Shown here: piece by piece, positions 9,356-17,868 of the stretch
Layout: each line of letters begins with the position of its first letter
Numbering within the stretch: the first letter of the stretch is position 1
From: Bdellovibrionota bacterium
GTDB lineage: Bacteria > Bdellovibrionota > UBA1018 > UBA923
Reading direction: 5' to 3'
DNA length: 31,914 bases
Assembly (NCBI GenBank): GCA_040754655.1
Contig: JBFMCE010000045.1
Location: forward strand, 1 to 31,914
Position numbers and translations under genes: made by a program
Notes under the pieces: generated by a model
The model's input: the letters and a program-made list of their open reading frames with translations, nothing else
The model's database searches: none
Told to the model about the DNA's origin: nothing

Positions 9356-10123
9356 ATGTCGATATTCAATGGTTTTTTTGTCGGATTTTGGGCTCCCTTA
9401 AAGGCAATTCGACCTGTCTTTAGCCAACCCCGACTGACCAGCCTGGTAGCAGTACCTTTGTTCATCAATTTGGGCCTTTATATTTTATTTTTTTACTATG
9501 GCTCAAATGCCCTCTCCGGGCTCATCCAGGAGTGGACTCAAGGCCTCTCGCACTCACTTCCCGCATGGGCGGTAGAATTCTCGCGCATCAGCTTAAAAAT
9601 CTTGGCATGGCTTACTCTTGGTTTGATTGGGGCCTTGAGTTTCACGGTCGTGAGCGGCGTAATTTCAGCCCCCTTTAACGATGCGCTGAGCAGGGCCACT
9701 TTTAAGATGCGTTATCAACAATTGGGACTCAAGCCCGATCGTGCGTTCACCGAGATCAGCATCAAACAATCAATCACGCTCGAACTCAAACGCATGGCGA
9801 TCTTGATCGTAGGATCGGTCACTGCGATCTTGATCGGCCTCATCCCTTTTCTTCAGCTTCCTGCGCTGGCTCTGGGCGCGTTTCTACTGGCCTTTGAATA
9901 CTTCGGGTACCCTCTCTCCCATCGCAGCTCGAGCTTAGTCTCTGTTTTTCTCTTCGTCTTTCGCTATCCGCTTGTGAGTTTAGGATTTGGGAGCTTTTTG
10001 CTCGTCATCATGGCCCTCCCCTTCACCAGCGTGCTTTATATTCCTTTAGCCGTCGTTGGTGGAACCACGCTCTTCGTAGATCTCGAGACAAAGAAAAAAC
10101 TTCTTTTAGGAGAACAGTCTTAA
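9356..10123 (+). CDS. EI24/CysZ family membrane protein
   Basis: Multi-TM protein with VPLFINL, ISAPFNDALS, IPFL and AFEYFGYPLSHR motifs typical of CysZ/EI24-domain proteins. Confidence 0.8.
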   Translation: MSIFNGFFVGFWAPLKAIRPVFSQPRLTSLVAVPLFINLGLYILFFYYGSNALSGLIQEWTQGLSHSLPAWAVEFSRISLKILAWLTLGLIGALSFTVVSGVISAPFNDALSRATFKMRYQQLGLKPDRAFTEISIKQSITLELKRMAILIVGSVTAILIGLIPFLQLPALALGAFLLAFEYFGYPLSHRSSSLVSVFLFVFRYPLVSLGFGSFLLVIMALPFTSVLYIPLAVVGGTTLFVDLETKKKLLLGEQS

Positions 10124-10723
10124 CCAGGCGTAGAAGAACTTAAAAAATTCGGTGACCGTCACGACGATCCCGTTCCACTGAGTCCACCAGACCGAACTTT
10201 CGAAAGGTTCACGTTCAAACCAAGACACCTCGAGTTGAACATCTGACGGGAGGATTTTCCTGAAAATATAGGTCGCCCGCCGCACGTGATACACACTGGT
10301 TACAAGCAAAACGCGCTTTAATCCCTGTTCTGAGACAAATCGCGTGACCTGCTCTGCGTTTTGGATGGTGTTGGTCGAAATGTTCTCGAGGATGATGTGG
10401 CTTTCGTCGACAGGCCCAACCCATTGTAATTCTTTCAAAATTTCTTTCATCTGGACCTGCCGATCAGTTCCAGAGATATAGAGCACTTTTCCATAGCCCT
10501 TTTCGTAAAGCTCAAGCGCCTTACGAATTCTGCCCCGCCCGCCGGCAAGACAAACAATGACGTCGGCTGGTTCGTACTCGGGTCCCAGCTCTGCTGGTTT
10601 TGGAAGCTCGGAATACACGGAACCGGCCATCCAAAGCGTGATTCCGAGTAAAAAGAGAAGGGCTGAAACAAACCCTATTGCCCACCAAAAGATAGGCTGC
10701 TGCTGTCGTTTTGCCCGTCGCAT
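10106..10723 (-). CDS. YdcF/ElyC/SanA (DUF218) family envelope protein
   Basis: N-terminal TM, ADVIVCLAGG..R, ISG, STNTIQNA, LVTSVYHVRRA and terminal EFFK motifs. Overlaps the convergent EI24 gene by 18 bp. Confidence 0.88.
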   Translation of the reverse strand: MRRAKRQQQPIFWWAIGFVSALLFLLGITLWMAGSVYSELPKPAELGPEYEPADVIVCLAGGRGRIRKALELYEKGYGKVLYISGTDRQVQMKEILKELQWVGPVDESHIILENISTNTIQNAEQVTRFVSEQGLKRVLLVTSVYHVRRATYIFRKILPSDVQLEVSWFEREPFESSVWWTQWNGIVVTVTEFFKFFYAWLRLFS

Positions 10724-10807
10724 TGAGTTCTCAGATTAACAGATTTCAATTCTTGCAAAAGATCAAAATTTTAAGTATTTAAGTCAGCTTTGAAAGGGAC
10801 AAAAAAC

Positions 10808-11032
10808 ATGGCTCGAGTATGTGAACTTTGCGCAAAACATCCGACGACTGGCAATTTGATCAGCCATTCTAATATCAAAACCCGTACACGTTGGTTACCA
10901 AACCTAAAGCGAGTAAAGAGTTTTAAAAATGGCGTCACGAAGACCATTTACGCCTGCACTCGATGCATCAAGAGCGGTTTTGTGACAAAACCCCCTGTGC
11001 GTCGCTGGAAAGCCCCGGAAACCACGGTTTAA
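10808..11032 (+). CDS. rpmB: 50S ribosomal protein bL28, zinc-ribbon (C+) form
   Basis: MARVCELC...[19 protein letters not shown]...CTRCIKS, with both CxxC pairs present. ATG at 10808 preferred over the TTG at 10790. Confidence 0.95.
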   Translation: MARVCELCAKHPTTGNLISHSNIKTRTRWLPNLKRVKSFKNGVTKTIYACTRCIKSGFVTKPPVRRWKAPETTV

Positions 11033-11038
11033 AAGCAA

Positions 11039-11153
11039 GGCTCTGTTGAAAAGCTATTAGATGCGAGGCGTGAGGGAAGCGAGCACCGAAGCATACATGA
11101 AAGTATGCCGAGGAGCGGAGCAACCGAGCAACGAAGTAGGTGCGCCTTTCAAC
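11039..11153. repeat. Short MITE/REP-like element with terminal inverted repeats and a central hairpin
   Basis: GTTGAAAAGC (11045-11054) and GCCTTTCAAC (11144-11153) are inverted repeats (9/10). Central GCATAC-atgaaa-GTATGC hairpin at 11091-11108. Fills the gap between convergent rpmB and ridA. Confidence 0.6.
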
Positions 11154-11544
11154 GCTCTTTAACAGCAATACATTCAATCTCAACAAGAGCGCCCTTAGGA
11201 AGTGCTGAAACCGCAACAGTTGAACGGGCGGGCTTGTGCCCTTCTAGTTTCCGTTCATAAACAGTGTTCACCTCAGTGAATGCTTTCATGTCTAAAAGAA
11301 AAATCGTCGTTTTCACAATATGGTGCACATTGAGGCCTGCTGCCTCAAGCACCGCGCGCATATTGTCCATCAGCTTTTCGGTCTGAGCCGCAGGCGTTTC
11401 TCCCACCAAGGCCCCCGTCGCCGGATCCAACGCGATTTGTCCAGAGCAGAACAGCGTATTTCCAACCTGAATTGCCTGAGAGTACGGTCCAACAGGAGCA
11501 GGCGCATCTGAAGTACATATTTCTTTAAAGAATTTTACCGTCAT
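11149..11544 (-). CDS. ridA: RidA (YjgF/YER057c/UK114) enamine/imine deaminase
   Basis: APAPVGPYSQA, LFCSGQI, KTTIFL, PARSTV (catalytic Arg), LPKGALVEIE. ATG at 11544 with SD GAGGAG is preferred over 11595. Confidence 0.93.
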   Translation of the reverse strand: MTVKFFKEICTSDAPAPVGPYSQAIQVGNTLFCSGQIALDPATGALVGETPAAQTEKLMDNMRAVLEAAGLNVHHIVKTTIFLLDMKAFTEVNTVYERKLEGHKPARSTVAVSALPKGALVEIECIAVKER

Positions 11545-11581
11545 GTTTTTCTCTCCTCTCGAATCATCGCAACAATCGATT

Positions 11582-13858
11582 TCATAGAGCTGCAAGCTGC
11601 TGGGCTTCTACTACCGTAATTGCCGCCATATTGACAACCTCATCGACGTCCGAGTTTTGCTGCAAGACATTTACGGGCTTTCGCATTCCAACGAGAATGG
11701 GGCCGATCGCTTCGGCTCCGCCTAACCTCATCATCAGTTTGTATGCGATGTTGCCCGACTGCAAATCAGGAAAAATCAAAATATTCGCAGGTTCTTTGAG
11801 CGAGCTGAATGGAAAGTTCTCTTTTAAGATTTCAGGAATCAAGGCCGTATCTGCCTGCATCTCGCCATCAAGAATAAGATCGGGCTGCTTGCGTTTGGCG
11901 ATCTCAACAGCTCTCGCCACCTTTTCCGCGAACGGATGCTTGGTGCTTCCAAAGTTTGAAAACGAAAGCATCGCGACTCGAGGAGTCTCATCTACGAAGT
12001 GACGAGACAGGTGCGCGGTATAAATCGCGATATCCGCCAGGTCTTCAGCGGTAGGCTCGATATTCACCGTTGTGTCGGCAAAAAATAAAACGCGGCGTTT
12101 GAAGATCATCATGTAAATGCCTGCAAGCTTGCTTCCCGGCCTTACTCCCACGATCTGAATAGCGGGCCTGATCGTTTCAGGATAGCTGCGAGAAATGCCG
12201 TTCAATAAACCATCCGCGTCTCCACGATGCACCATCATGCAGCCGTAATAGCTGCGGCTTAAGAGCAGCTCGCGAGCAAGACGCGGGGTCATGCCCTTTC
12301 GTTCGCGCATCTTGGCCCAGACCGCCGCGTATTCATCAAGCTTAGGGCTTGCCGTTGGATCAATGATCCTCACTCCTGCGAGCACTTGCTCGAGTCCCAG
12401 CTCGGAAATCAAGTGAGAGACCTTTTCACGCCTCCCCATCAACACCGGTTCCGCGATGCCCTCCTCTAAGATTTGAGAACAGGCCTTTAAAATCTTCGGG
12501 TGATCTCCTTCGGGAAAAACAATCGACTTCAGCCCAGAACGGTCTGGCGAGCGCTTCACCCGCTTCTTGATCGAGCTCATCACGGTGAAGGTTCCACCCA
12601 AAAGTTCTTCCAGCTGGTGACGGTACTCGCGAATGTCGATTTTCTTCTGGGCAACGCCTGAATCCATGGCTGCTTGAGCCACTGCCGGGGCGACCCACAA
12701 AAGGGCTCGCCTGTCGAATGGTTTGGGAATCAAATACTCGCGCCCAAACGAAAAACTTTTACCTTCATACGCTCGCGAAACGCTCTCGGTCACATCTTGC
12801 TTTGCAAGTTCGGCAATAGCCTTGACGGCCGCCATCTTCATGGCTTCATTGATTTGTGTCGCTGAAACGTCAAGCGCACCACGGAAAATAAAGGGATAAC
12901 CCAAAACGTTATTCACCTGATTGGGGTAATCGCTTCGACCGGTGGCCATGATGGCGTCTTTTCTGATCGACAAGACATCCTCCGGCATGATCTCAGGCTC
13001 AGGGTTTGCCATCGCAAAGACCATCGGGTCTTTGGCCATCGATGAAACCATCTCTTTGGTAAGCACTCCTTTAGCCGAAAGCCCCACCACTACGTCTATG
13101 CCCTTCATTGCGTCAGCCAAAGTGCGGTGTGGAGTCTTTCTCGCGAAACGCTCCTTATAAGGGTTCATTCCTTCTTTTCTTCCCTCATAAATGACGCCAT
13201 CGATATCGGTCATGATCAAGTTCTCGGGCTTCACTCCGAGCTGCAAAAACATATTGGCTGAGGCAATACAGGCTGCTCCCGCCCCTACGAAGACGCATTT
13301 GACTTTCTCAATGCGCTTACCCGTGATTTCGAGCGCGTTGAGGAAAGCCGCGCCACAGATGATCGCCGTGCCATGCTGATCGTCATGAAACACGGGGATG
13401 CGCAGCTCTTTACGAAGGGTCTCTTCGATGTAAAAGCATTCGGGCGCTTTGATGTCCTCAAGGTTAATTCCCCCGACCGTGGGTTCGATATAACGGCAGG
13501 CGCGGATTACGTCGTCTGGGTCTGGGGCATTGAGCTCGATATCAAAGACGTCGATGCCAGCGAACTTCTTAAAGAGCATTCCCTTGCCTTCCATTACAGG
13601 TTTTGCGGCAAGCGGACCGATGTTTCCAAGCCCTAAGACCGCAGTCCCATTGGTCACCACCGCGACAAGATTTCCCTTGGTCGTGTACTTATAGACATCG
13701 AGCGGATTGGTTGCGATGGCTTGGCATGGCCCCGCTACGCCTGGTGAGTATGCCAACGACAAGTCACGTTGCGTTGCACTGGGTTTTGTCGGAACAACTT
13801 CAATTTTTCCCGGACGTCCGCGGCTGTGATATTCGAGCGAGTCTTCGTAGATTCCCAT
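11582..13858 (-). CDS. maeB: NADP-dependent malic enzyme fused to a phosphotransacetylase-like domain
   Basis: [42 protein letters not shown] and [12 protein letters not shown], followed by a PTA-like domain ([28 protein letters not shown]). ATG at 13858. Confidence 0.96.
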   Translation of the reverse strand: MGIYEDSLEYHSRGRPGKIEVVPTKPSATQRDLSLAYSPGVAGPCQAIATNPLDVYKYTTKGNLVAVVTNGTAVLGLGNIGPLAAKPVMEGKGMLFKKFAGIDVFDIELNAPDPDDVIRACRYIEPTVGGINLEDIKAPECFYIEETLRKELRIPVFHDDQHGTAIICGAAFLNALEITGKRIEKVKCVFVGAGAACIASANMFLQLGVKPENLIMTDIDGVIYEGRKEGMNPYKERFARKTPHRTLADAMKGIDVVVGLSAKGVLTKEMVSSMAKDPMVFAMANPEPEIMPEDVLSIRKDAIMATGRSDYPNQVNNVLGYPFIFRGALDVSATQINEAMKMAAVKAIAELAKQDVTESVSRAYEGKSFSFGREYLIPKPFDRRALLWVAPAVAQAAMDSGVAQKKIDIREYRHQLEELLGGTFTVMSSIKKRVKRSPDRSGLKSIVFPEGDHPKILKACSQILEEGIAEPVLMGRREKVSHLISELGLEQVLAGVRIIDPTASPKLDEYAAVWAKMRERKGMTPRLARELLLSRSYYGCMMVHRGDADGLLNGISRSYPETIRPAIQIVGVRPGSKLAGIYMMIFKRRVLFFADTTVNIEPTAEDLADIAIYTAHLSRHFVDETPRVAMLSFSNFGSTKHPFAEKVARAVEIAKRKQPDLILDGEMQADTALIPEILKENFPFSSLKEPANILIFPDLQSGNIAYKLMMRLGGAEAIGPILVGMRKPVNVLQQNSDVDEVVNMAAITVVEAQQLAAL

Positions 13859-13867
13859 AGGCAACCG

Positions 13868-13905
13868 ATTATGGGATTGAATGAGAGGCCTTTCAAGCCC
13901 ATAAT
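13868..13905. promoter_or_regulatory. Overlapping divergent sigma70-type promoters forming one palindrome
   Basis: Plus strand: TTGAAT (13877-82), 17 nt, CATAAT (13900-05). Minus strand: TTGAAA (13896-91), 17 nt, CATAAT (13873-68). Confidence 0.6.
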
Positions 13906-13912
13906 TTAAGGA

Positions 13913-15136
13913 ATGTGGAGACCGATTCTTGCTTTAGGCGTTGTCTTGTGGTCACAAACCCAAGTCCGAGCCGCGGAGGCTCCGTTTGTCCTCACAAATT
14001 CAAATCTTTCCGAAAATCAGTTGCGTTTGGGACTTAGCGCCAACTATCTGCGGAGCACTGAGAATTACAATCAGAACAGGAAAAAGGCAGGTTTGACGCG
14101 AGACGGCTCTTTTCAATCTTTAGAACTAAGGCCGTTTGGCCAATACGGCCTTACTCAGAGCTTAACTTTGTTGGCAGACTTTGAGATCGTCTCAAATGCA
14201 GTTGAAGGAAGATCGTCCTTAAACGAAGCCAAGGTTTCGAACCGTTCTACAGGATTGGGCGATGGCACTCTCGGAGCACGTTATGACTTTAGCATCCATC
14301 CTTTGCGTTTTTTTGCTGAAGGCCTCATTCAATTCCCGCTTTACACCCGCTTAAGATCAACCAGTTGGACGGTGCTCACCCCCACCTCCTCCGTGCCGAG
14401 GGGGAATGGAGCAACGGAATTCACGTTACTCGGAGGGACGGAGGTCCCAATGCTTCAAAGCCTGTGGCTCGGCGCTTCCGTGGGTTACACCACTCGCACC
14501 TTAGGATACTCGAACTATTTCTCATACTCCGCCTACGCAAAGTACGAAGAAAAGAAGCGATTCTTTGGGCAGATCGGTCTTCGCGGGCAAGCAACGGCCA
14601 CCGAAGATTCACGTTCTTCGACCTCTAGCCCTGAGCGCGCCACTACGGTGATCTCGGATAGCCAGGCATTCAATGCAGTCAATCCTACCTTCGTTAAGCT
14701 AGAAGCCAGGTTTGGAAGCTACCTCTCGCAAGCGTTTTTCGGAAGCGCTGGGATTCAGCTCCCGCTGCTTGCCAAGAACACTCCGGTTGAACCCGTTTTT
14801 ATCGCGGCTCTAGGGTTTGACCTGGGAGGAGAGAAAGGACCGGAATACGCCCACAGCAACCGAGGATTCCAGCAATATTACTTCGACTCGAAAGTGCTTC
14901 AGGTCAACAATGACCTCAAGCTCATCTTGATCGATAAAGGCCGAAGCGATGCCGTAAAAATTGGAGAACTCATGGATGTCTTTGAACCCAACACCCGTGA
15001 AGGCAATCCATCTCAGACTGTGGCCCGCGGGCGGGTCATCGAGGCAGGGCCCAACCGCTCAAAGATCAAGATTCTTGAGTATTTCCGCGAAGGTCGAATT
15101 GAAGAAGGATTTGTGGTTCGCCGTCCGATAAGATAA
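13913..15136 (+). CDS. Predicted outer-membrane beta-barrel with a C-terminal FlgT_C-like beta domain
   Basis: Signal peptide (..QVRA). Amphipathic strands with [11 protein letters not shown] and GNGATEF motifs as in MetA-pathway/transporter-type barrels. C-terminal [21 protein letters not shown]...[17 protein letters not shown] pattern resembles FlgT C-terminal domains. Confidence 0.65.
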   Translation: MWRPILALGVVLWSQTQVRAAEAPFVLTNSNLSENQLRLGLSANYLRSTENYNQNRKKAGLTRDGSFQSLELRPFGQYGLTQSLTLLADFEIVSNAVEGRSSLNEAKVSNRSTGLGDGTLGARYDFSIHPLRFFAEGLIQFPLYTRLRSTSWTVLTPTSSVPRGNGATEFTLLGGTEVPMLQSLWLGASVGYTTRTLGYSNYFSYSAYAKYEEKKRFFGQIGLRGQATATEDSRSSTSSPERATTVISDSQAFNAVNPTFVKLEARFGSYLSQAFFGSAGIQLPLLAKNTPVEPVFIAALGFDLGGEKGPEYAHSNRGFQQYYFDSKVLQVNNDLKLILIDKGRSDAVKIGELMDVFEPNTREGNPSQTVARGRVIEAGPNRSKIKILEYFREGRIEEGFVVRRPIR

Positions 15137-15175
15137 AATTTGTTTACGGCGTGAGCGCGCCATAGGGGGATCATC

Positions 15176-15916
15176 ATGAAAAAACAAGTACTCGGCTTGT
15201 TCATTTTTGGACTTTGCTTCGCTTCTTCCGCGCATGCGCTAAAGTTCACGAATCAGTTTGTCGAGTTTGAGCTTCCCTACAAGTGGAACTGCTCTCTTGA
15301 GGGAGCCGAGTGGGTTTGCCAAAGCCAAGATGAACAAAAACGACGCGACGCCATCATCGTGCTCGCGGCGAAACTCAAGGGCGATCAAGATACGCTCGAC
15401 AAATATCAAGAATACCTCATGAAGCCTCGGGCCTTTGCGGCTCCCAACGGCAAAAGTGTCACTTCACAGCCAAAGTACACCGAGGTGAAACAACTCAACC
15501 AACACCCCTGGGTGGTTTCGCTCCATCTTGAATCTGAAATCCCCGGATTTTACACCAGATACTTGGCCACCGTGAAACAAGACATCGGCGTGCTGGTCAC
15601 TTACTCGATCAATAAAAACAAATACCAAGAATACAGCACGCAGTTTGAAGACATGGTGAAGAGCCTCAAGGTATTTCGCAAACCCGGTAGCGGAATCAAC
15701 ACTAATGTCGGCCAATCTATCTTTGCTCAAGCGCAAATGCCGGGATCTTTTACCCAACAGAGTGTTTTTGGCGAAGCAAGCCCGAGCCCTGCGTCAACCG
15801 CCGCAGGAACTAAACCCAAGAATGATGGCGGAGATGACAATCTTGGTATGCTCGCTTTGCTTGGCGCTGTAGTTGTTGCATTCATCATTATTAAGAAAAG
15901 ACGGCGTGGCGCGTAA
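15176..15916 (+). CDS. Secreted protein with a C-terminal membrane anchor
   Basis: Signal peptide (..SSAHA), globular domain with a WNC...WVC Cys pair, low-complexity linker, C-terminal TM followed by KKRRR. SD-like GGGGA upstream. Confidence 0.8.
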   Translation: MKKQVLGLFIFGLCFASSAHALKFTNQFVEFELPYKWNCSLEGAEWVCQSQDEQKRRDAIIVLAAKLKGDQDTLDKYQEYLMKPRAFAAPNGKSVTSQPKYTEVKQLNQHPWVVSLHLESEIPGFYTRYLATVKQDIGVLVTYSINKNKYQEYSTQFEDMVKSLKVFRKPGSGINTNVGQSIFAQAQMPGSFTQQSVFGEASPSPASTAAGTKPKNDGGDDNLGMLALLGAVVVAFIIIKKRRRGA

Positions 15917-16019
15917 GGCTATTGCGTTAAAACCCTGAAGATACTTCCATCTTGACGATGTCCTCAAAGTCTTTAAACCTTGTCTTGTTTTCATCTAGAA
16001 ACAGATAAAGGAGGATGGG

Positions 16020-16496
16020 ATGAGACTTCATGCTTTGGTGATATTGTTTTCGATGGTTTTATTCTCGGGCGTTCAGGCCGTAGCGAGCACCCAAGTTTCT
16101 GTTAAAGAGCTTCTTTATAACGATCAACTCTATGGATCTAGGGGCATTGAAGGGCTCATAGTCCTTACAAACAATGACGTGCTTCAAGAGCTTTGGCGGC
16201 GACTCCATCAGGACGACAAGATCAAGGCTCCCGTCGTTGACTTTGAAAAAAATATAGTGCTAGCGCATTTCGACGGTGAGAAGCCCAGCGCAGCTCACTC
16301 GACGAGAGTTTCCCAAATCATCGATCATAATGACCACCTAGAAGTAATCATCGTGAGAAAAAAGCGTGGTGGCCTAGCCGGAATGGCAGTCGTTAAGCCT
16401 AGCCATCTGGTCCAAATTTCAGAATATCACAGGGTGGTACCCGATGGCGACTGGTGGGAAACCAAGCCCATCCGCTTGACCTATAAAACGGAATAG
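16020..16496 (+). CDS. Secreted PrcB C-terminal domain protein
   Basis: Signal peptide. PVVDFEKNIVLAHFDGEKPSAAHS...LEVII...KPSHLVQI matches the PrcB_C pattern (P.vDF....G.kpsgGy....P.h.v). SD AAGGAGG at 16008-16014. Confidence 0.75.
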   Translation: MRLHALVILFSMVLFSGVQAVASTQVSVKELLYNDQLYGSRGIEGLIVLTNNDVLQELWRRLHQDDKIKAPVVDFEKNIVLAHFDGEKPSAAHSTRVSQIIDHNDHLEVIIVRKKRGGLAGMAVVKPSHLVQISEYHRVVPDGDWWETKPIRLTYKTE

Positions 16497-16566
16497 CGAC
16501 GATAGAAAGGGTTGCCAAAAATCATGACGATCGACTCTTTACTTTGAAGGATAACCAAAGCGCGGC

Positions 16567-17856
16567 CTAAAGATGTTGTGCAAGCTTTCGAGGAAGCGAC
16601 TTGAGATTTTTAGGCCCCATGAGCGCGACAACCAGCTTCCCTGGCTTGAAGGTCTGTTTTGCGATCGCGCGCATGGATTGAGGCGTGACTTTGTCGATTT
16701 TTCGAACAACGTCCTGCATCGAATAGTATCGCCCAAAAAACATTTCGTTCCTTGCGATCGCACTCATCCGGCTCTCAACAGAATCCGCATTGAGAAGGAT
16801 GGTGCTCTTAAGATTCTGCTTCAGCACATCGACAGCATCTTTATCAAGAGTAGCGTCACGAAGCTTTCGAAGCTCTTTTCCAATGACATCCATGCAAGTT
16901 CCCACTTCTTTAGGGCTTGTGCCGACGTAAATTGAGAAAAGCCCGGTGTCGGAAAACGGCGCAAGCGACGAATAGACGGTGTAAGCCAAGCCTCGCTTTT
17001 CTCTAATCTCTTGAAAAAGGGATGAGCTCATTCCTCCGCCGAGGTAAACGTTCAAGAGGTAAGCAGAGAATCGATCTGCATGGTTATACGCCACGCCGGG
17101 AAATCCGATCACCACATGAGTCTGCTCTAAGTCCCTTGCATAGGTCTTTGAGCTTCCCTTGATTGACGGACGGTGCAAATTGGCTCGTTTGTGCTGTTGT
17201 CGGGGCGCTTCTTTGCTCTTCAAAGTAAGGTGCTTGTTCAAAAGCTTTTTAACGCGCTGATGGTCGACATCTCCCACTACTGAAATGAGCATCTGTGACG
17301 GCGAATAATGCCTTCTGTAATAAGAGTAAACCGTAGGGCGATCAAAACTAGAGACTGTTTGTGGGCTTCCAAGAATAGGTTTTCCCAACGGATGCCCACC
17401 AAACGCCTGTTCAAAAAACAGGTCATGAACAAGCTCTTCGGGATTGTCTTCAACCATCGAAATCTCTTGCAAGATCACCTTGCGCTCTCGCTCAATCTCT
17501 TCTTGGGCGAGCTTCGAGCTAAGGAGCACATCAGACATGATGTCGACTGCCAGATTCAAATCGCGCGATAAAAGCAAAAGGTGAAAACAAGTGTACTCTC
17601 GAGCGGTGAACGCATTAAATTCGCCCCCCACTCGGTCTACGGCCAGGGCAATATCCAAGGCGGATCGCCGCTCAGTACCCTTGAACATCATATGTTCAAG
17701 AAAATGAGAAAGCCCTTCCTCTCCTGGCTTTTCATGCCTTGTTCCGGCGGTGACCCAAACCCCAATCGAAAGAGATTGAAATTGAGTCACGCTCTCGGTC
17801 AAGAGAGTCATGCCGTTATCAAGAAGCGATTTCTGAAACCGGCCCGACCTTCTCAC
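16567..17856 (-). CDS. M16 family zinc peptidase (pitrilysin/MPP-like)
   Basis: Inverted zincin motif SHFLEHMMFKGT, NAFTAREYT, GGGMSSSLFQEIREKRGLAY. Lies directly downstream of pnp, a common synteny. Confidence 0.93.
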   Translation of the reverse strand: MRRSGRFQKSLLDNGMTLLTESVTQFQSLSIGVWVTAGTRHEKPGEEGLSHFLEHMMFKGTERRSALDIALAVDRVGGEFNAFTAREYTCFHLLLLSRDLNLAVDIMSDVLLSSKLAQEEIERERKVILQEISMVEDNPEELVHDLFFEQAFGGHPLGKPILGSPQTVSSFDRPTVYSYYRRHYSPSQMLISVVGDVDHQRVKKLLNKHLTLKSKEAPRQQHKRANLHRPSIKGSSKTYARDLEQTHVVIGFPGVAYNHADRFSAYLLNVYLGGGMSSSLFQEIREKRGLAYTVYSSLAPFSDTGLFSIYVGTSPKEVGTCMDVIGKELRKLRDATLDKDAVDVLKQNLKSTILLNADSVESRMSAIARNEMFFGRYYSMQDVVRKIDKVTPQSMRAIAKQTFKPGKLVVALMGPKNLKSLPRKLAQHL

Positions 17857-17868
17857 AACACGTACTGC

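Noticed and set aside
10968..11216. 82-aa minus-strand ORF across the rpmB-ridA gap
   Set aside because: It overlaps both genes and reads through the repeat element, with no coding evidence.
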